From positions 1 to 42,887 of the forward strand of contig JAWODM010000025.1 in NCBI GenBank assembly GCA_046483305.1: a DNA stretch of 42,887 nt, in the 5' to 3' direction. This document shows, piece after piece, positions 40,222 to 42,887 of the stretch. The number at the start of each line of letters is the position of its first letter. The stretch's first letter is position 1. The position numbers and the translations under genes are program-made. The notes below the pieces were generated by a model, which saw nothing but the letters and a program-made list of their open reading frames with translations, searched no databases and had not been told where the DNA came from. The stretch comes from Candidatus Krumholzibacteriales bacterium (GTDB taxonomy: Bacteria; Krumholzibacteriota; Krumholzibacteriia; Krumholzibacteriales; WJIX01).

Positions 40222-40770
40222 ATGAAATCATTACAACGGGTCGGTTCGGTTGTCTTTGTATCCGGCTTGTTCCTGACTGTTTTCGCAGGAATTCCGTGGC
40301 ATCTTTATTCGGAAGGGGTTCCCGCGTGGCTTCAGGTATCTGTTTACCTGATGCTGGGGGGATTCCTGATAGTGATGTCAACGGTGGCCTCTGAGAGAAG
40401 AAAGTTCAGGTCTTTACCTGCTCCAGCTGAAACCGGTAGCGGTGATTCAGGTATTCTGCTTCTCAACTCCGAAGAGATGCACACGGGTAATATAGAGGAG
40501 GAATTGGGCGTGGTGCAGGGGCATACCGTTTTCGCTATCTGGCTGGGCCGTGATCTGTCCGCCCTGGTGCGCCTGGTCCTGGGGGGCGAGCTCACCGAAT
40601 ATACCGAGATGATGGGCGAGGCGAGGCGAGTAGCTACTGAAAGGATGATATCCGAAGCGGTGGGACTGGGAGCGGATGCAGTCATAAATATAAGATATAC
40701 AACCACCAGCGTCATCGGAAGCGCCGCGGAACTCCTGGTATACGGCACCGCTGTTAAACTTCAGGAATAA
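40222..40770 (+). CDS. YbjQ/UPF0145 family protein with two N-terminal TM helices (alternative start 40207)
   Basis: LG.V.G, GRD....R...GGEL..YT.M..EAR..A..RM...A..LGADAV..IR, EL..YGTAV. Confidence 0.88.
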   Translation: MKSLQRVGSVVFVSGLFLTVFAGIPWHLYSEGVPAWLQVSVYLMLGGFLIVMSTVASERRKFRSLPAPAETGSGDSGILLLNSEEMHTGNIEEELGVVQGHTVFAIWLGRDLSALVRLVLGGELTEYTEMMGEARRVATERMISEAVGLGADAVINIRYTTTSVIGSAAELLVYGTAVKLQE

Positions 40771-40799
40771 GAGACCGGCAATCGACGCGCCCTGCGATA

Positions 40800-42191
40800 T
40801 CAGCCGGCGCACCACTCTTCAACATCTTCGACGGTTTTTGCTATCGGGTTTCCCAGTACCCGGTGCCCACTTTCGGTGATCAGGACATCATCTTCTATCC
40901 TTATGCCTCCGAATTTCCGGTATTTCTCAACCTCATCGTAATTGATGAACTCGGTGAATTTATCGTCTTCCTTCCATCGGTCTATCAGTTCGGGTATAAA
41001 ATAGATGCCGGGCTCGACGGTGACCACGAAGCCGGGTTCCAGTTCCCTGGCCAGCCTCAGATACGCCAGGCCGAATTGATCGCTTCTCTTTATATTCTCA
41101 TCGTACCCAACCAGGTCCTCGTTAAGCCCCTCCATATCATGCACATCCAGCCCCAGCATGTGGCCCAGGCCGTGAGGGAAGAACAGGGCGTGAGCGCCGG
41201 CTGCTACGGCTTCCCCGGTATCTCCCTTCATCAGCCCTATCTCGATAAGCCCGGAAGCCATGGTCTCTGCGGCTTTCAGGTGGCAGTCCAGATTGCGAAC
41301 CCCCGGTTTCATCATATCTATGGCGTCCAGCTGGGCCCGGAGAACGGTTTCGTAGATAAATTTCTGGCGCTCGCTGAACTCGCCGCTCACCGGGATGGTC
41401 CTGGTTATGTCACTGGCGTAATGGAGGGGAGATTCAGCCCCTGAATCCATAATCACGATATCGCCTTCGCTCATCATATTGTCATGGGAATGGTTATGAA
41501 GGGTTTCCCCGTGAATGGAGAATATTATAGGGAAGGAGAGGTGGCTGTTTCTGGCAAGCACCGACGCCTGAACCCTGCCGCATACCTCGTACTCATAGGC
41601 TCCGTCCCGGATCAGCTTCATTGCCGTCCTGTTCATCTCCCAGCTGATATCCAGGGCTTTTTCTATCTCCGCAATCTCCTGGCCGCTCTTTATCGATCTT
41701 TGAGATATTACCGCCCTGGCAAGCTTTTCAGAACTCGATTTGTTCACCTCCGAATGTTCCGTTCCGGTCAGATCTCCTACCATGTTGATGATGTCCTGCC
41801 TGTACTGGGGCAGATATAGAACCGGCCTGTCATTGTCAGTATACTGTCCTATTACTTCCCGCAGCCGGGAAACCGGCCTGGTGTCTGATATGTTGACCTT
41901 CTTCGCTTTTTCGGCCAGCCCGGGCAGGGGGCCGGTCCAGATAATATCTTCCATGGCCACGTCATCGCCGAAGAGGACCTCGCTGTCGTTATCTACATCT
42001 ATAATTCCGGTAAGCCCCGGTTCATCAATCCCGAAATAATAGAGGAAAGAGCTGTCCTGACGGAAGTGATAGGGATTCGCCGGGTAGTTCATCGGTGTTT
42101 CATTATTTCCGGGGAACAGCAGTACGCCGGTTCCCATGAGCTTCTTGAGCTGTTCTCGTCTTTTCTGATATGTTTCCGGGCTGAACATCAT
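40800..42191 (-). CDS. pepP: Xaa-Pro aminopeptidase (aminopeptidase P)
   Basis: FRQDSSFLY, DSGAE...YASDITRT, HGLGH.LGLDVHD, TVEPGIYF, GGIRIEDD. Confidence 0.95.
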   Translation of the reverse strand: MMFSPETYQKRREQLKKLMGTGVLLFPGNNETPMNYPANPYHFRQDSSFLYYFGIDEPGLTGIIDVDNDSEVLFGDDVAMEDIIWTGPLPGLAEKAKKVNISDTRPVSRLREVIGQYTDNDRPVLYLPQYRQDIINMVGDLTGTEHSEVNKSSSEKLARAVISQRSIKSGQEIAEIEKALDISWEMNRTAMKLIRDGAYEYEVCGRVQASVLARNSHLSFPIIFSIHGETLHNHSHDNMMSEGDIVIMDSGAESPLHYASDITRTIPVSGEFSERQKFIYETVLRAQLDAIDMMKPGVRNLDCHLKAAETMASGLIEIGLMKGDTGEAVAAGAHALFFPHGLGHMLGLDVHDMEGLNEDLVGYDENIKRSDQFGLAYLRLARELEPGFVVTVEPGIYFIPELIDRWKEDDKFTEFINYDEVEKYRKFGGIRIEDDVLITESGHRVLGNPIAKTVEDVEEWCAG

Positions 42192-42238
42192 TTTCTCCTT
42201 CTATCTAAAATGTTCGGACCTGATGGGTACAACAGGCT

Positions 42239-42268
42239 ATACTATTACAGCATCAGGCAGAATGTCAA
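42239..42268 (-). promoter_or_regulatory. Sigma70-type promoter for pepP
   Basis: Minus strand TTGACA, 18 nt, TAGTAT. Confidence 0.5.
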
Positions 42269-42354
42269 CGGATAAGCGGAATTGGAGTTTCCCCGAATTT
42301 TAAACCGGTTTTATTTTTAAGGCATCTCTGACAGCTTCCAGTAGATTGAATTTG

Positions 42355-42470
42355 TCAAAGCCGCGGTCGGTTTCCCCGGCGAGGAAACCGCAACTCCCGC
42401 CTCGCACATCGCTCTTTCTGCCCCTGACGGGGCAGAAAACCATGCCCGCTCGCCCTCCGGAGGGTTTTGA
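42355..42470. other. GC-rich multi-hairpin non-coding element (candidate ncRNA, REP/MITE-like repeat or element end)
   Basis: CGGTTTCC/GGAAACCG (42368-42390); TTTCTGCCCC-tgac-GGGGCAGAAA (42415-42438); palindrome CCCTCCGGAGGG (42453-42464); closing TCAAAGCC/GGTTTTGA. Confidence 0.5.
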
Positions 42471-42600
42471 ATTAATCACTCAGCCGCTTCTATCAACGCT
42501 TAAGGCCGATTCCAGTTGCTATTAAAACTAAGTCGTTGTTAAAGATTACCTTACCGACATTCTGGCTTATTTTTTGGGAAAACTCCTGTATAACTGTTAT

Positions 42601-42887
42601 TCAGCTTTCGCCGTCTCGAAACTGTTTCATATGAACGGCCCCGTACTCTTTCTCTGCCATTAATTGGTTATGCCTTCCGCACAGTAGCCGCAGGTTCTCC
42701 GGGGAGTTGTCCCCGCCCTTGCCGAAGGGCACTATATGATCGTACTGCAGGTTCCAGGTGGAATTGCACCTTCTGCCATTCTTACTTACAAAGCTGCACC
42801 TTCCGCCGTCTCGTCTGTAGACCAGGTCCTTTACTTTCCGAGGTATATACCTGGTTCTGTTTAAATTATTTGATTTAATATCTTTAT
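42601..42887 (-). CDS. HNH endonuclease, C-terminal 94 aa of a gene starting beyond the window (absent from the ORF track)
   Basis: Manual translation from 42885: ...RTRYIPRKVKDLVYRRDGGRCSFVSKNGRRCNSTWNLQYDHIVPFGKGGDNSPENLRLLCGRHNQLMAEKEYG...ES*, with RD..RC...C, DH, NL..LC..HN motifs; TGA at 42601-42603. Confidence 0.9.
   Translation of the reverse strand, partial: KDIKSNNLNRTRYIPRKVKDLVYRRDGGRCSFVSKNGRRCNSTWNLQYDHIVPFGKGGDNSPENLRLLCGRHNQLMAEKEYGAVHMKQFRDGES

Noticed and set aside
1..42887. CRISPR array, rRNA, intact IS/transposase, prophage genes, selenoprotein UGA read-through
   Set aside because: No repeat-spacer periodicity, rRNA or transposase motifs were seen. TGA-ending genes appear full length for their families.

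Overview
Bacterial chromosomal window, mostly housekeeping genes from a probable anaerobic diderm. The gene order loosely suggests an FCB-group lineage such as Ca. Krumholzibacteriota/Latescibacterota; this is inference only. In order, the core content is: MFS peptide transporter, MscS, pyruvate:ferredoxin oxidoreductase, YbaN, a TPP-riboswitch-controlled thiM-thiE-thiL operon, a DMT transporter, an orphan divergent CitF-like transferase, acs, glmM-glmS, ridA, tRNA-Sec, lepB, a CIRCE-controlled hrcA-grpE-dnaK-dnaJ-rsmE cluster, yqeY-cvpA-mutS2-dnaG-rpoD-tRNA-Ile(CAU), a YCF48-like propeller, DUF1684, fRMsr/GAF, dodecin, flavin reductase, an atypical peptide deformylase, YbjQ and pepP. The unusual material is at the edges and in one internal patch. 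(i) 1-2249 has a BACON-like repeat surface protein, then a truncated tyrosine recombinase fused in frame to a beta-helix domain. This ORF is preceded by an 11-6-11 inverted repeat resembling a recombinase core site and is bracketed by a 9-bp direct repeat. (ii) A frameshifted SatD remnant at about 12 kb. (iii) At the right end, an HNH endonuclease C-terminus missed by the ORF track, followed by a multi-hairpin non-coding element.
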